DNA of 63,985 bases, the filler included, from an uncultured bacterium (GTDB lineage: Bacteria; CAYJOG01), in the NCBI GenBank assembly GCA_964371695.1. It is 4 parts of 4 records of this genome, joined end to end, with 100 filler letters (N's around TTAATTAATTAA, not from the genome) between each part and the next. Parts side by side here need not be neighbours in the genome. Positions count along the whole stretch, not along the records: positions 35,647 to 52,528 come from CAYJOG010000012.1; 3 more parts are not named here. The stretch is one strand, 5' to 3'. Positions 37,896 through 47,944 of this stretch are shown here, piece after piece. Each line of letters begins with the position of its first letter. Within the stretch, counting starts at the first letter, position 1. Position numbers and translations under genes: made by a program. The notes under the pieces were generated by a model. That model saw only the letters and a list, made by a program, of their open reading frames with translations, had not been told where the DNA came from and searched no databases.

Positions 37896-38573
37896 ATGCC
37901 CCACTGGCAAAACCGGCCTGAGCAGAAGTGGGCGTCGTTCCGCTTCAACCAGCCCTATGCCAAGGGGTTGAAACGGTTGAAGGAAGACGTGCTGGCCAAG
38001 ACCGATTTTGACCCCGCCACGTTGTGGCAGTGGGGCACCATGCAGGCCATGGCGCTGATTGAGGTGCTGAGGAGCGCCGAGGCCCGGTTTGGCGAAGAGG
38101 GCCAGGAACTGGTGTGCGGCGCGCTTCAGCGCATCGGTCTGGACGTGGGGCGGCAGATTCTGGCGGGTGTGGAAATTTCACCGGACCTGACCGAGGCGGA
38201 GTTCATCTCCTTTTACGCCACGGTGATCAACCGCATTGCCTATGCCTCGCTGGAGGCCCCCCGCATCGAGGGGGACGACAAAGTGTCTTTTGACATTTTG
38301 TGGTGCCCGCACCAGGACCACTACGGAGCGTTTGACTGCCGGGTGCAGCGTTATTTTGTGCAGGGCATGATTGAGGCGGCGCAGGAACACGCCCGCGCCA
38401 GCGGGTTTGAGGTGCGTTTTGACAGCACCATCCCCGCCGGGGCCAGCACCTGCCACTTCACCGTGTGGCGTGGCACAGAGGCCGAACACGCCGCCTGGGC
38501 CGCGTTCACACAAAAGCTGGAACACAAGGCCCTGAAAATGTCACAGGAGGAAAAAAACGGTGAAGAGGGTTAA
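37896..38573 (+). CDS. Hypothetical protein, ATC-hydrolase/V4R-like fold
   Basis: 'A..RFG..G', 'CPH.......DC', 'TIP.G...C.F' Cys pattern. Confidence 0.55.
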   Translation: MPHWQNRPEQKWASFRFNQPYAKGLKRLKEDVLAKTDFDPATLWQWGTMQAMALIEVLRSAEARFGEEGQELVCGALQRIGLDVGRQILAGVEISPDLTEAEFISFYATVINRIAYASLEAPRIEGDDKVSFDILWCPHQDHYGAFDCRVQRYFVQGMIEAAQEHARASGFEVRFDSTIPAGASTCHFTVWRGTEAEHAAWAAFTQKLEHKALKMSQEEKNGEEG

Positions 38574-38578
38574 CTCAG

Positions 38579-39964
38579 TTACCCCAGCAGTTCCGGCGCA
38601 TGTTGTCGCAGCATTTTTTTTGTCAGGCCACCGGCGCGGATGATGTCCCGGTATAAAAACGCGCTGGGGCGGGGGGTGCGGGTGAGGGCGGGCGTGTTGC
38701 GGTCCACATGCACCAAGCCAAAAAACTTGTCATAACCCTCCAGCCACTCAAAGTTGTCGGTGAGTGTCCAATAAAAATAACCCCGGATATCTGCCCCGTC
38801 TGCCATGGCCCGGCGCACCTGCCACAGGTGATGCACCAGCGCCCGTTGCCGCAGGTCATCGGCCTCGTCGGCGCAGCCGTTTTCGGTGACATAAATCGGC
38901 ACACCGGCAAACCGCCGGTGATTGGCCATGAGCACGTCATATAACCCTTCCGGGTCAAAGGGATAACCCATTTGGGTGAATACGCCGCCGGGTGGGGGAT
39001 TCATGACGCTGACATGGGGCCGGGCCGGGTCCATCAGCCGCAGGCGATAACGGCTGTAATAATTCACACCCACGTAATCCAGACTGTTTTTCAGCCCTTC
39101 GATTTCTTCGCCCAAGCCCCAGGGGGGCAACACGCGCCCCTGCTTCACGCTTTCGTCCCACACTTCATAAAAAGCCCATTCCACACCCTGGCCAATCAGT
39201 TTTTCGATGCCGCCCAGGGGGGTGTGCTGGGGGTGAAAATGGGTGAACGGCGTGGCGGCGTTGGCGTAGCCCACCATCACCGGCCCCCCCGTGGGGCTTT
39301 TGGAGACCTCGCTGTGTACCAGCCCATAGGCCATGGCGTGGCCCCGCAGCAGCACCTTGAACACACGGGCCGCCTCGATGGGGTTGATGCGCCGCGGGGG
39401 CATCAGGCCAGCGCCATAACCCGCCAGCACAATCACCATGGGTTCGCAGATGGTCATCCACCAGTCCACTGCGCCCGCCAAACGCCGCACCACGCGGGTG
39501 AGGAAGCGCTTCCATTTTTGCAGGGCCTTGGGGTGCAGCCACGCGCCCTCGTCGGCAAACCATGTCGGCAAAATCCAGTGGTTCAGGTCCAGCCCCACCC
39601 GCAGGCCCCTGGCGCGCATGTCGTCGGCCATGCGGCGGTAATGGTCCAGGGCGGTTTCGTCAAAGCGGCCCTCCATCGGCTCAATGCGCGCCCACTCAAT
39701 GCCAATGCAGTTGGCCTGAACGGCCAGGGTTTGCATCAGGGCGTGGTCCTGTGGGTAAAGGTTCCAGTAATCATTGGCGATGCCGCTTTTCTGCTGGCGC
39801 TTCACCACGCCGGATTGCTCGTAGCGCCACCAGTCGCTGTGAATGTTGCCGCCCTCTACCTGGTGCCCGGAACTGGCCACGCCAAAAACAAAATCTTTGG
39901 GGAATGTGGCGGCCAGCGGGGCAGGGGACCTGTCCCCCGGTTTTTTGCCCGCCGCCCGGCTCAT
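38579..39964 (-). CDS. Glycoside hydrolase family 1
   Basis: 'FP..F.FG.A.S..QVEG', 'EWARIEP', 'VNYY', TENG, 'W.LTDNFEW..GY...FGL'. Confidence 0.9.
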   Translation of the reverse strand: MSRAAGKKPGDRSPAPLAATFPKDFVFGVASSGHQVEGGNIHSDWWRYEQSGVVKRQQKSGIANDYWNLYPQDHALMQTLAVQANCIGIEWARIEPMEGRFDETALDHYRRMADDMRARGLRVGLDLNHWILPTWFADEGAWLHPKALQKWKRFLTRVVRRLAGAVDWWMTICEPMVIVLAGYGAGLMPPRRINPIEAARVFKVLLRGHAMAYGLVHSEVSKSPTGGPVMVGYANAATPFTHFHPQHTPLGGIEKLIGQGVEWAFYEVWDESVKQGRVLPPWGLGEEIEGLKNSLDYVGVNYYSRYRLRLMDPARPHVSVMNPPPGGVFTQMGYPFDPEGLYDVLMANHRRFAGVPIYVTENGCADEADDLRQRALVHHLWQVRRAMADGADIRGYFYWTLTDNFEWLEGYDKFFGLVHVDRNTPALTRTPRPSAFLYRDIIRAGGLTKKMLRQHAPELLG

Positions 39965-40686
39965 GGTTTGGGCCGTCCGAACAAGGCCGGGTCGGGCACA
40001 CCGGCGGCGGCGAAACCCTTGGCCCGGAGCAGGCAACTGTCGCAGGCGGCGCAGGGTTCGCCGGTGGGGCCTGGGTCGTAACAGGAGTGTGTGAGCGCCA
40101 GTGGCGCACCCACCTTGATGGCCAGCTTCACGATGTCTTCCTTGGTCAGATGCACCAGCGGAGCCACCAGTCCCACGCCGTGCCCCCCCATGCCCGCTGC
40201 CGTGCCCAGGTTGGCCATGGTCTCAAAGGCCGCCAGAAAATCTGGCCTGCAATCGGGATAACCGCTGTAATCCAGGGCGTTCACGCCGATGTGGATTTCC
40301 CGTGCGCCCCGGCTCTCGGCCAGGGCCAGGGCATAACTCAAAAACAACGTGTTGCGGGCGGGCACATAGGTGACCGGCACGGCGTTTTCGTGGCCGATTT
40401 CTTCGAGGGAGCGATGCTTGGGCACGTCTTCGCTGCCCAGCAGGGCGCTGTGGGCAAAGCTGAGGTCCAGCCGCACCACCACGTGGTCTTTCACCCCCAG
40501 GGCGCTGGACACCAGGGCTGCGCTTGATAGCTCGATGGTGTGGCGCTGGGAATAATCAAACGTGAGGGCCGAGATGTTGTCTGGCGGCACACCCGCCGTT
40601 ATGGCGTGGGCCAGCACGGTGGTGGAATCCAGCCCGCCGCTCAGCAGCACCACGGCTTTTCTGTGAATCTTGTCGGCTTTGGCCAT
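39961..40686 (-). CDS. queC: 7-cyano-7-deazaguanine synthase
   Basis: SGGLDS, 'TYVPARN', 'DYSGYPDCR', 'THSCY...C..C.SC'. Confidence 0.94.
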   Translation of the reverse strand: MAKADKIHRKAVVLLSGGLDSTTVLAHAITAGVPPDNISALTFDYSQRHTIELSSAALVSSALGVKDHVVVRLDLSFAHSALLGSEDVPKHRSLEEIGHENAVPVTYVPARNTLFLSYALALAESRGAREIHIGVNALDYSGYPDCRPDFLAAFETMANLGTAAGMGGHGVGLVAPLVHLTKEDIVKLAIKVGAPLALTHSCYDPGPTGEPCAACDSCLLRAKGFAAAGVPDPALFGRPKP

Positions 40687-40766
40687 GAGGGTTTTTCCGG
40701 CCCCGGTGGGGACAGCTTATTCTGACGTTTGGCGGCGGTGTTCCCAAGCGGGAAAGTATGAGTAGC

Positions 40767-41579
40767 TCAGGGCAAACCGGCCAGCACGTGCAACTGGGGG
40801 CACACGGTGGCGCTCAGACCCAGGCCAGACAAGCGCTTGGCGGTTTCGGTCACCAGCGGATCCTGCCAGGGGTGGCCCGCCAGCGTCACCGGCTGCACAA
40901 ACCAGGGCAGGTGTGCGTGACGGGCCATGATCAACCGCGCCGTCTCCTGCAGTTCGGTCAGGTCCAGGCCCGGCCCCACCACCACTTTCAGATAAGCCTG
41001 CTGGGTGGGCAAAAGTTGGTCCAGTGTGGCCGCGAGTTGTTGCCGCCGCCAGTCGGGGGCGTGTTTGTCCTGATCCACGCTTTGCAGCTTCACGTCGGCG
41101 CTCAGCACGTCTACAAAAGGGGCAATGGTGTGAAATGCCTCTGGCAGCAGGGCATTGGTTTCCAGCAACACATCAAGCCCCAGGTGTTTGGCCTGTGGCA
41201 ACAGGGCCGACAGAAACTTTTCGTGCAGCAGCGGTTCGCCGCCGGTGACCGCCAACACCCTGGCGCCGGACTGCCGGTGAAGCTGCGTGATTTCCTTCAG
41301 CAGTATTGGCAGCGGCACCGGATTGGGGTGCTGGCGAAAAACGGGATGCCCCACGTCCAGGCTGGTTTTGGGCGCGAGGGTTTCGGGGGCGTCGCAATAG
41401 TTGCAGCGCAGGTTGCAGCCCACAAAACGCAAGAAAAGATGGCGCTCGCCCGCCAGAGGGCCTTCACCCTGATAACTGGCGTAAAGCGCCGCCACAGAGG
41501 CTTTGGGGCTGGCGGGTTTTTCGCCAAAAGGCAGTGGCAAAATCCGCGAGGGATGATCGGTGGCGGCGCCCGGTGACAT
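40767..41579 (-). CDS. queE: 7-carboxy-7-deazaguanine synthase (radical SAM)
   Basis: 'S.QGEG', CNLRCNYC, TGGEP, ETN, 'PQLH'; upstream of queC. Confidence 0.85.
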   Translation of the reverse strand: MSPGAATDHPSRILPLPFGEKPASPKASVAALYASYQGEGPLAGERHLFLRFVGCNLRCNYCDAPETLAPKTSLDVGHPVFRQHPNPVPLPILLKEITQLHRQSGARVLAVTGGEPLLHEKFLSALLPQAKHLGLDVLLETNALLPEAFHTIAPFVDVLSADVKLQSVDQDKHAPDWRRQQLAATLDQLLPTQQAYLKVVVGPGLDLTELQETARLIMARHAHLPWFVQPVTLAGHPWQDPLVTETAKRLSGLGLSATVCPQLHVLAGLP

Positions 41580-41702
41580 GGCAAACCGATCATAAACGCT
41601 GGCTGGTATAACAGGGTGTTTATCAACACCCTGAAAAACCCATGGTTGGTTTTCTGCTTTTACAATGACCCCGCACCCGGCATGTTTCGCGCGTTTCGCT
41701 CA

Positions 41703-41725
41703 GGCGGGCGTCTCGCCCGCCCTAC
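41703..41725. repeat. REP-like palindrome (GTAG family)
   Basis: GGCGGGCGTCTCGCCCGCCCTAC. Confidence 0.6.
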
Positions 41726-41769
41726 TCACGCGCCAACCTCTCTCTTTGTTCACCCCCCGACTTCTCCCC

Positions 41770-41798
41770 TTGACAGACCGGCTGGGGGGCGTTACAAA
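41770..41798 (+). promoter_or_regulatory. Putative sigma70 promoter of rho
   Basis: TTGACA-N17-TACAAA about 100 nt upstream of the ATG. Confidence 0.5.
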
Positions 41799-41894
41799 CA
41801 GTCTTACCCGCTGTTTCCGGTCAGCTTTGCCTCCCAAACCGGGGTTTTCCAATTTTTCTCTTGTTCTGTCAATCCCTTTCCAAAGGAGACCCAC

Positions 41895-43253
41895 ATGTCT
41901 GCCACACGCAAAAAGGCTTCCGCCGTGGAAGGCGCTTCTGAGCCATCGCAGGACGAAAAGGACTTATCGGAACAAACCGCCCCAGACGGCCTCACCCCCA
42001 TTCCCGAAGTCGCCGCCCTTGAGGAAATGCCCCTGGCCGAACTGAAAAAGCTGGTGCGCGAGCACGGCATAGACCCCACCAACCAGCAAAAGTCGGACCT
42101 CATCATGGAACTCATCAAAAAGCAGGCCGCCGAACTGGGCGTGATGGTGGCCGAGGGCCTGCTGGACATTCAGGACGAGGGTTATGGTTTTTTGCGTCGG
42201 CGGTCTTATTACCCCGGCCCCTCAGACGTTTATGTCTCCAACAGCCAGATTCGCAAGTTCTGCCTGCGCCAGGGTGATCTGGTGGTGGGCCACGTGCGCG
42301 AGCCCAAGGAGAACGAGCGATTTTTCAGCCTGCTCAAGATCGAGGCCGTCAACGGCATGGACCCGGAGCACCTGGTGGAGCGCCCGGTGTTCGAGCAACT
42401 GGTGCCGATTTATCCCGACCAGAAAATCCGCCTGGAAACCGACCGTGACAGCATGAGCATGCGGTTTCTGGACCTCATCGCCCCCATCGGTAAGGGGCAG
42501 CGGGGCCTCATTGTCAGCCCCCCCAAGGCGGGCAAGACCATCTTTTTGCAGCAGGTGGCCCAGGCGGTGCATAAAAACTATCCCGACATGGTCATCATCG
42601 CGCTGTTGATTGACGAACGGCCTGAGGAAGTGACGGACTTTCAGCGCAGCGTGCAGGGCGAAGTGGTGGCCAGCACTTTTGACGAACGGCCCGAAAACCA
42701 CATCCTCATCACCGAAATGGTGCTGGAAAAAGCCAAACGCATGGTGGAGGTGGGCAAGGACGTGATCATCCTGCTGGATTCCATCACGCGGCTGGCCCGC
42801 GCCTATAACCTGGTGGTGCCCAGCAGCGGCAAAACCCTGAGCGGCGGCCTGGACCCCAACAGCCTGCACAAACCCAAACGGTTTTTTGGCAGCGCGCGCA
42901 ACATCGAGGGAGGCGGCAGTCTCACCATCGTCGCCACGGCCCTGATTGACACCGGCAGCCGCCTGGACGACGTGATTTATGAGGAGTTCAAGGGCACCGG
43001 CAACATGGAGGTACACCTGGACCGCAACCTGGCCAACCGCCGCATCTATCCCGCCATCGACGCCGTGCTCAGCGGCACCCGCCACGAGGAACTGCTGCTC
43101 AGCGAAAAAGACCTGAACAACGTGCGGGGCCTGCGCCGGGCCATATTGGGCATGGGCGAAGGCATGGCCACCGAGCGGCTTATCCAGATGATCAAGGAGA
43201 CCAAGAGCAACCGCGAAATGTTGCTGAATATCGAGATGAAACTGGTGGGGTAA
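41895..43253 (+). CDS. rho: Transcription termination factor Rho
   Basis: 'GYGFLR', 'PIGKGQR', PPKAGKT, '[10 protein letters not shown]', 'EEFKGTGN.E'; AAGGAG RBS. Confidence 0.97.
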   Translation: MSATRKKASAVEGASEPSQDEKDLSEQTAPDGLTPIPEVAALEEMPLAELKKLVREHGIDPTNQQKSDLIMELIKKQAAELGVMVAEGLLDIQDEGYGFLRRRSYYPGPSDVYVSNSQIRKFCLRQGDLVVGHVREPKENERFFSLLKIEAVNGMDPEHLVERPVFEQLVPIYPDQKIRLETDRDSMSMRFLDLIAPIGKGQRGLIVSPPKAGKTIFLQQVAQAVHKNYPDMVIIALLIDERPEEVTDFQRSVQGEVVASTFDERPENHILITEMVLEKAKRMVEVGKDVIILLDSITRLARAYNLVVPSSGKTLSGGLDPNSLHKPKRFFGSARNIEGGGSLTIVATALIDTGSRLDDVIYEEFKGTGNMEVHLDRNLANRRIYPAIDAVLSGTRHEELLLSEKDLNNVRGLRRAILGMGEGMATERLIQMIKETKSNREMLLNIEMKLVG

Positions 43254-43340
43254 ATAAAGGAAGTCGTACCAAAAAAGCCGAAGTGTTGAAAACACTGAGG
43301 TTTTTGCCCGCCAAGGAGGCTTTGCCCCCGAAGGCGGTGG

Positions 43341-43540
43341 TTTCAAAAGTTCAGGAGGAACTTTTGAAACAATCCTGTGGGCCGGAGGTGTTCGCGGCGC
43401 AAGCTGGCTTTGCCTGCGCCGCGCCGGGCCGTAGCCATTCACGACGAATGGCAAGGCCAATAAAACCAATGAACATTCCTGCTATTTTGAATGTTCATTG
43501 GTTTTAATAAAGTCCAGGAGGGACTTTATTAACAGGCTCT
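43341..43540. repeat. Multi-hairpin intergenic element (MITE-like remnant)
   Basis: Palindromes TTTCAAAAGTTC/GAACTTTTGAAA, AAAACCAATGAACATTC/GAATGTTCATTGGTTTT, AATAAAGTCC/GGACTTTATT. Confidence 0.55.
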
Positions 43541-43545
43541 CAGGG

Positions 43546-44976
43546 TCAATGCTGTTCTGGTTGAGAATTGGCGCCAGAAGTTTTGAGCCATGGCCCTGCG
43601 GCCAGGAGCAGTAAATAACCCGGCATGAAGACAGCGCCCGCATAGGTGTAGCGGTCCAGCGGCACCTCCACCAGGGCCACCATTACCAGATTGCTTATAT
43701 AAAAAGCCGTGGCCAGCACGCCCAGGGCAGCCACCTCAAAAGTGCTTTGCCGGTTGCGTTGCATGGGGTGGGTGGAATGAAAAAGCACCTGTAAAAAGAA
43801 AGACCCCGCCAGCGCCGCCAAAGCCAGTTGCAACATGCGGTTCTGGTGCAAGGAGCTGTACACCCCCTGCCAGAAAAAACTGCTCACATTGCTGAGGTAT
43901 TGCTTGGCGTGTTTTTTGAGGATGAAACGGGAAAACACACCGGCCTGTTTGTCCAGTTTCATCAGGGCAAACCCCTCAGGCCGCTCAAGAAGGTCTTTCC
44001 ACACCAGCTTTTTGATCATCAGGACACCGCACCGGTTTTTTTCTTCAAGGCTGTCGAAGCTGGGCAACACGCAGTTGAGGTGCTGCTGCGCCCCCTCCTG
44101 CCGTGCTTCGGAGATAATCTTTCCCCAGCCCCGCACCGCCGGGGGAAGGCCGCTTTCGTCGGTGTCCTGATACAGTTGGCTGGTGATGATGAGCAGGTTC
44201 ACGTTGCCAAAGCTGGTGAGCGCGAAGTGCCCCACCACCACGCCCCGAAAAATGATAAACGCCACCAGCGGCCCCATGGCTGCCAGCACGAAAACCGACA
44301 ACGGCTTAAGCAGCGCCAGGGCTGCGGCCAGAGGGGGGGTGTCCTTTTTTTCGTGGGTCATCTTCCACAGCAGCAGTCCCAGGGGCGGTGTCAAAAGCGG
44401 TACCAGCAGATAGGCCGGGCGCATCTGATAAGACAACGTCACCAGCAGCGCCAGCACCACCCACCGGCCCAGCCGCCTGGGGTTGCCCACCACCGCCATC
44501 ACCATGCCCATGGCCCCCACGGCAAACCCCAGCCCCACCACGTCGGTGTGGATGAAATGCACGTACTCCAGCACCATTTGGCTCAGTGCCAGGGGCAGGC
44601 CTGCCAGGGCGGCGGCCAGTGGGCGAAACCGCAACTGGAACAAGCCAAAAATGAAGGTGGCCACCCCCAGCAGAAACACCCACATGTGCATCACCGGCAT
44701 GGGCAGCCGCCCGCCACTCAGCGTGCTCACCACATGCTCCAGCAACGGATAACCCAGGGTGCGGTCTGCCGCCAGAAAGGTTTTGAGGTTCCCCAGCGTC
44801 ACGTCTCCATGCAGCAGATAACCTTTGGAATCTGGCGAAATGCGCACCGACGAGGACGCCAGAAGGGTGAGCGGCACAGCCATGAGCAGCAGCAGCACAA
44901 AGACCCACCCCCCCTGACCAAACCAGTGTTGCGCGGCGGTGTATTTTCCCCGGCGCATTGGGGCATGGGCGGGCAC
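43546..44976 (-). CDS. Polytopic membrane protein, probable GT-C glycosyltransferase
   Basis: 'DS.GY...RT.GYP', many TMs, 'RP', C-terminal 'RY'. Confidence 0.6.
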   Translation of the reverse strand: MPAHAPMRRGKYTAAQHWFGQGGWVFVLLLLMAVPLTLLASSSVRISPDSKGYLLHGDVTLGNLKTFLAADRTLGYPLLEHVVSTLSGGRLPMPVMHMWVFLLGVATFIFGLFQLRFRPLAAALAGLPLALSQMVLEYVHFIHTDVVGLGFAVGAMGMVMAVVGNPRRLGRWVVLALLVTLSYQMRPAYLLVPLLTPPLGLLLWKMTHEKKDTPPLAAALALLKPLSVFVLAAMGPLVAFIIFRGVVVGHFALTSFGNVNLLIITSQLYQDTDESGLPPAVRGWGKIISEARQEGAQQHLNCVLPSFDSLEEKNRCGVLMIKKLVWKDLLERPEGFALMKLDKQAGVFSRFILKKHAKQYLSNVSSFFWQGVYSSLHQNRMLQLALAALAGSFFLQVLFHSTHPMQRNRQSTFEVAALGVLATAFYISNLVMVALVEVPLDRYTYAGAVFMPGYLLLLAAGPWLKTSGANSQPEQH

Positions 44977-45077
44977 GGCGGGAATTGTAACAGCCCGCCG
45001 CTTGGGCAGATGTGGTATTTTCAGTCGTCCAGCCCTTTATGCCGGGGTTGGTCAGGCCGATTGATGGCAAGGTCCCC

Positions 45078-45950
45078 ATGTCTTCTCCCCAAGCCGATTT
45101 GACTGTGATCATTCCTGCCTTCAATGAAGCACAGGGCATTGCGGGCGTGCTGAAAAACGCCCAGGCCGAGCTTGGGGACATCGCCAGTGAAATTCTGGTG
45201 GTGGACGATGGCTCCAGAGACGACACCGCCGCCATTGCCGAAGCCGCCGGTGTGCGGGTGATCCGCCACCCGATCAACCGGGGATATGGCGCGGCGCTGA
45301 AAACAGGCATCAAGGCCGCTGTCACCAGTCATGTGGTGACCCTGGATTCGGACGGACAACACAAAGCTGAAGACGTGCGGCTGCTTTGGCAAACCTGCCG
45401 TGAGCAGCAGGCGGACATGGTGATTGGCGCACGCCAGGGACTGATTCACAGTCAGCTCTGGCGCATGCCGGGCAAGTGGTTTTTGCGGTGGATGGCCAAC
45501 TACATCACCCACACAAAAATTCCTGACCTCAACAGCGGCCTGCGGCTGATGCACCGCGAAACCGCCCTGCGGTATCTGCACCTTTGCCCAGAGGGATTTT
45601 CCATTTCCACCACCCTCACCATCGCTTTTTTGCAGCAGCGGCTTTTTGTGGTTTTTGCGCCCATCACCGTGAACAAGCGCCTGGGCAAAAGCACGGTGCG
45701 GGTGTCCACCGGGTTTGAAACCATTTTTCTGATTCTGCGGCTGGCGGCGCTGTTTAATCCGCTGCGCATTTTTTTGCCCATCAGCTTTTTTTGTCTGGCC
45801 ACCGGCGCCCTGTGGGCCATTCCCTATCTGTTGTTCGCCAGGGGGCTGAGCATCACCGCGAGTCTGGTGATTCTCACCGGCATCCTCATGTTTTCCCTGG
45901 GGCTGATCTGCGACCAGATTTCCCAACTGCGGCTTGAAAGGTATAAATAG
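45078..45950 (+). CDS. GT2 glycosyltransferase with C-terminal TMs
   Basis: 'IPAFNE', 'VDDGS.D', 'NRGYGAA', 'DSDGQH', 'DLNSGLR'. Confidence 0.88.
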   Translation: MSSPQADLTVIIPAFNEAQGIAGVLKNAQAELGDIASEILVVDDGSRDDTAAIAEAAGVRVIRHPINRGYGAALKTGIKAAVTSHVVTLDSDGQHKAEDVRLLWQTCREQQADMVIGARQGLIHSQLWRMPGKWFLRWMANYITHTKIPDLNSGLRLMHRETALRYLHLCPEGFSISTTLTIAFLQQRLFVVFAPITVNKRLGKSTVRVSTGFETIFLILRLAALFNPLRIFLPISFFCLATGALWAIPYLLFARGLSITASLVILTGILMFSLGLICDQISQLRLERYK

Positions 45951-47866
45951 TGTGCGGCATTGTCGGCGTGCTTTTGTCGGGCGGCGCACACGTTGAAGAA
46001 GCCCATCTGATCCGCATGACCCGCACCCTGGCCCACCGGGGGCCAGACGCAGAAGGGGTTTATTGTCATGGCCCCGTGGGGCTGGGGCACCGGCGTCTGA
46101 GCATTCTGGATCTATCGGACCTGGGGCGGCAGCCCAAGGGTTCGGCAGACGGAAAGTTGTGGATCACCTTCAACGGCGAGATTTATAACTTTCAGGAAAT
46201 CCGCAGCGACCTCATGGCGCTGGGGCACCGGTTTGTTTCGCAGACAGACACCGAAGTGATTCTGCACGCCTACGCAGAGTGGGGCGAGGCGTGTCTGGAG
46301 CGGCTGAATGGCATGTTTGCGTTTGGTTTGTGGGACGAAAACCAGCAATCGCTGTGGCTGGTGCGGGACAGGCTTGGGGTGAAGCCCCTGTTTGTGGCCC
46401 ACACGCCCCATGGGCTGGTGTTTGGTTCTGAAATCAAGGCGCTTTTGGCCAGTCCCTGGGTGAGCCGCGAGGTGGACCACCGCGCCCTGGCTTATTTTCT
46501 GGCGCTCAACTACACCCCCGCACCTTACACCTTGTTCAAAAACGTGCGCCAGGTCATGCCGGGGCAGTGGCTCAAGGTCACGGCGACGGGCCAGGTTGCA
46601 ACACGGAACTATTGGGATTTTTGTTTTCACGAGGGCGAGGACAGGGGTGAGGCGGCCTATGCAAAAGAGTTGTCGGGGCTGCTGGAAAGTTCTGTTTCGC
46701 AGCGTCTGGTGAGCGACGTGCCCCTGGGGGTGTTTCTGAGCGGTGGTGTGGATTCCAGCACCGTGGCGTGGTGGATGAATCACGCCATGCACGAGCCGGT
46801 GAAATCCTTTTCCGTTCATTTTGGCGAAAAAAGTTTTGATGAAGACGTGTATGCAAAAACCGTGGCGGAGCACATCGGCGCGCAGCATCACCAGCAGCTT
46901 GTCCGGGCCGAGGCTGCCGAACTCTTGCCCGCCATTGTGGCCCATGCCGAGGAACCCACCGCTGATTCCAGCATGGTGGCGGTGTATTACCTCTGCAAAA
47001 GTGCGCGCGAGCATGTCACCGTGGCGCTGTCGGGCGACGGGGCGGACGAGATTTTTGCCGGTTATGAAACCTATGCCGCCAACCGCCTGCTGGGCCTGTG
47101 GCGGCGGCTGCCGGGTTTTTTGCGCCGGGGGGTGATCACGCCGCTCATTCACGCCTTGCCGCACCAGGACGCCAAAATGAACCTGCCCATGAAGCTCAGG
47201 CGTTTTCTGTCAGGCGCAGAGCGACCGGATGAGGAGGCCCACGCAAGCTGGCGCATGATTTTTGACGAAACCGCCCGCCAGCGCGTGTTGGCCCCCCTGT
47301 GGAGCGAGCAGGATGTGCGGGCTGACGTGCTGGACCTTTACCGGGATGTTTTTCGCCAGGCCGCCCAGGCCGGGGCCACGCATCCCCTTAACCGCCAGCT
47401 TTATGTGGACACCCGGTTTTATCTGCCCAATGACATGTTGGTGAAGGTGGACCGGATGAGCATGATGCACGCTCTGGAAGTGCGTGAACCCATGCTGGAT
47501 TACCGGCTGGTGGAGTTTTCGGGCCGCCTGCCGCCCCATTACAAACTGCGGGGTCTCAACCACAAAAAATACCTGCTGAAAAAAGTGATGTCGGGCAAAC
47601 TGCCCCATCACATTCTGCACCGCAAAAAGGCCGGGTTTAACGTGCCCAACGCCCGGTGGATGAAAAAGGAACTGCGGCCCTTTGTCACCGCACACCTGCA
47701 TCACCCTGCCGTGGCGGACATGGGCATGGACCCCGCCGCTGTGCGCTCGCTGCTGGAGGAGCATTTTCAGGAAAAGGCCGATCACAGCCACCAGCTTTGG
47801 GGCCTGCTCACACTGTCCCTCTGGTGGCAGAAGTTTCAGACAACCACAAATTTTCATGGGGCCTGA
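45950..47866 (+). CDS. asnB: Asparagine synthase (glutamine-hydrolysing)-family amidotransferase
   Basis: MCGI N-terminus, HRGPD, NGEIYN, LSGGVDSS, SGDGADE, 'KVDR.SM'. Confidence 0.9.
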   Translation: MCGIVGVLLSGGAHVEEAHLIRMTRTLAHRGPDAEGVYCHGPVGLGHRRLSILDLSDLGRQPKGSADGKLWITFNGEIYNFQEIRSDLMALGHRFVSQTDTEVILHAYAEWGEACLERLNGMFAFGLWDENQQSLWLVRDRLGVKPLFVAHTPHGLVFGSEIKALLASPWVSREVDHRALAYFLALNYTPAPYTLFKNVRQVMPGQWLKVTATGQVATRNYWDFCFHEGEDRGEAAYAKELSGLLESSVSQRLVSDVPLGVFLSGGVDSSTVAWWMNHAMHEPVKSFSVHFGEKSFDEDVYAKTVAEHIGAQHHQQLVRAEAAELLPAIVAHAEEPTADSSMVAVYYLCKSAREHVTVALSGDGADEIFAGYETYAANRLLGLWRRLPGFLRRGVITPLIHALPHQDAKMNLPMKLRRFLSGAERPDEEAHASWRMIFDETARQRVLAPLWSEQDVRADVLDLYRDVFRQAAQAGATHPLNRQLYVDTRFYLPNDMLVKVDRMSMMHALEVREPMLDYRLVEFSGRLPPHYKLRGLNHKKYLLKKVMSGKLPHHILHRKKAGFNVPNARWMKKELRPFVTAHLHHPAVADMGMDPAAVRSLLEEHFQEKADHSHQLWGLLTLSLWWQKFQTTTNFHGA

Positions 47867-47944
47867 TGCGGCTGGAGGCATGTGGCCGATAGGGATAGGG
47901 TCTGTGACTTGCGCCAAAGGTAAACTGAGGCCCAGACCACGTTC

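Noticed and set aside
39961-41579. queC/queE as a 7-deazaguanine DNA-modification (dpd) system
   Set aside because: No dpdA/tgt-like or other dpd gene is nearby; the context is housekeeping (rho), and the R-M cassette is on a different contig.
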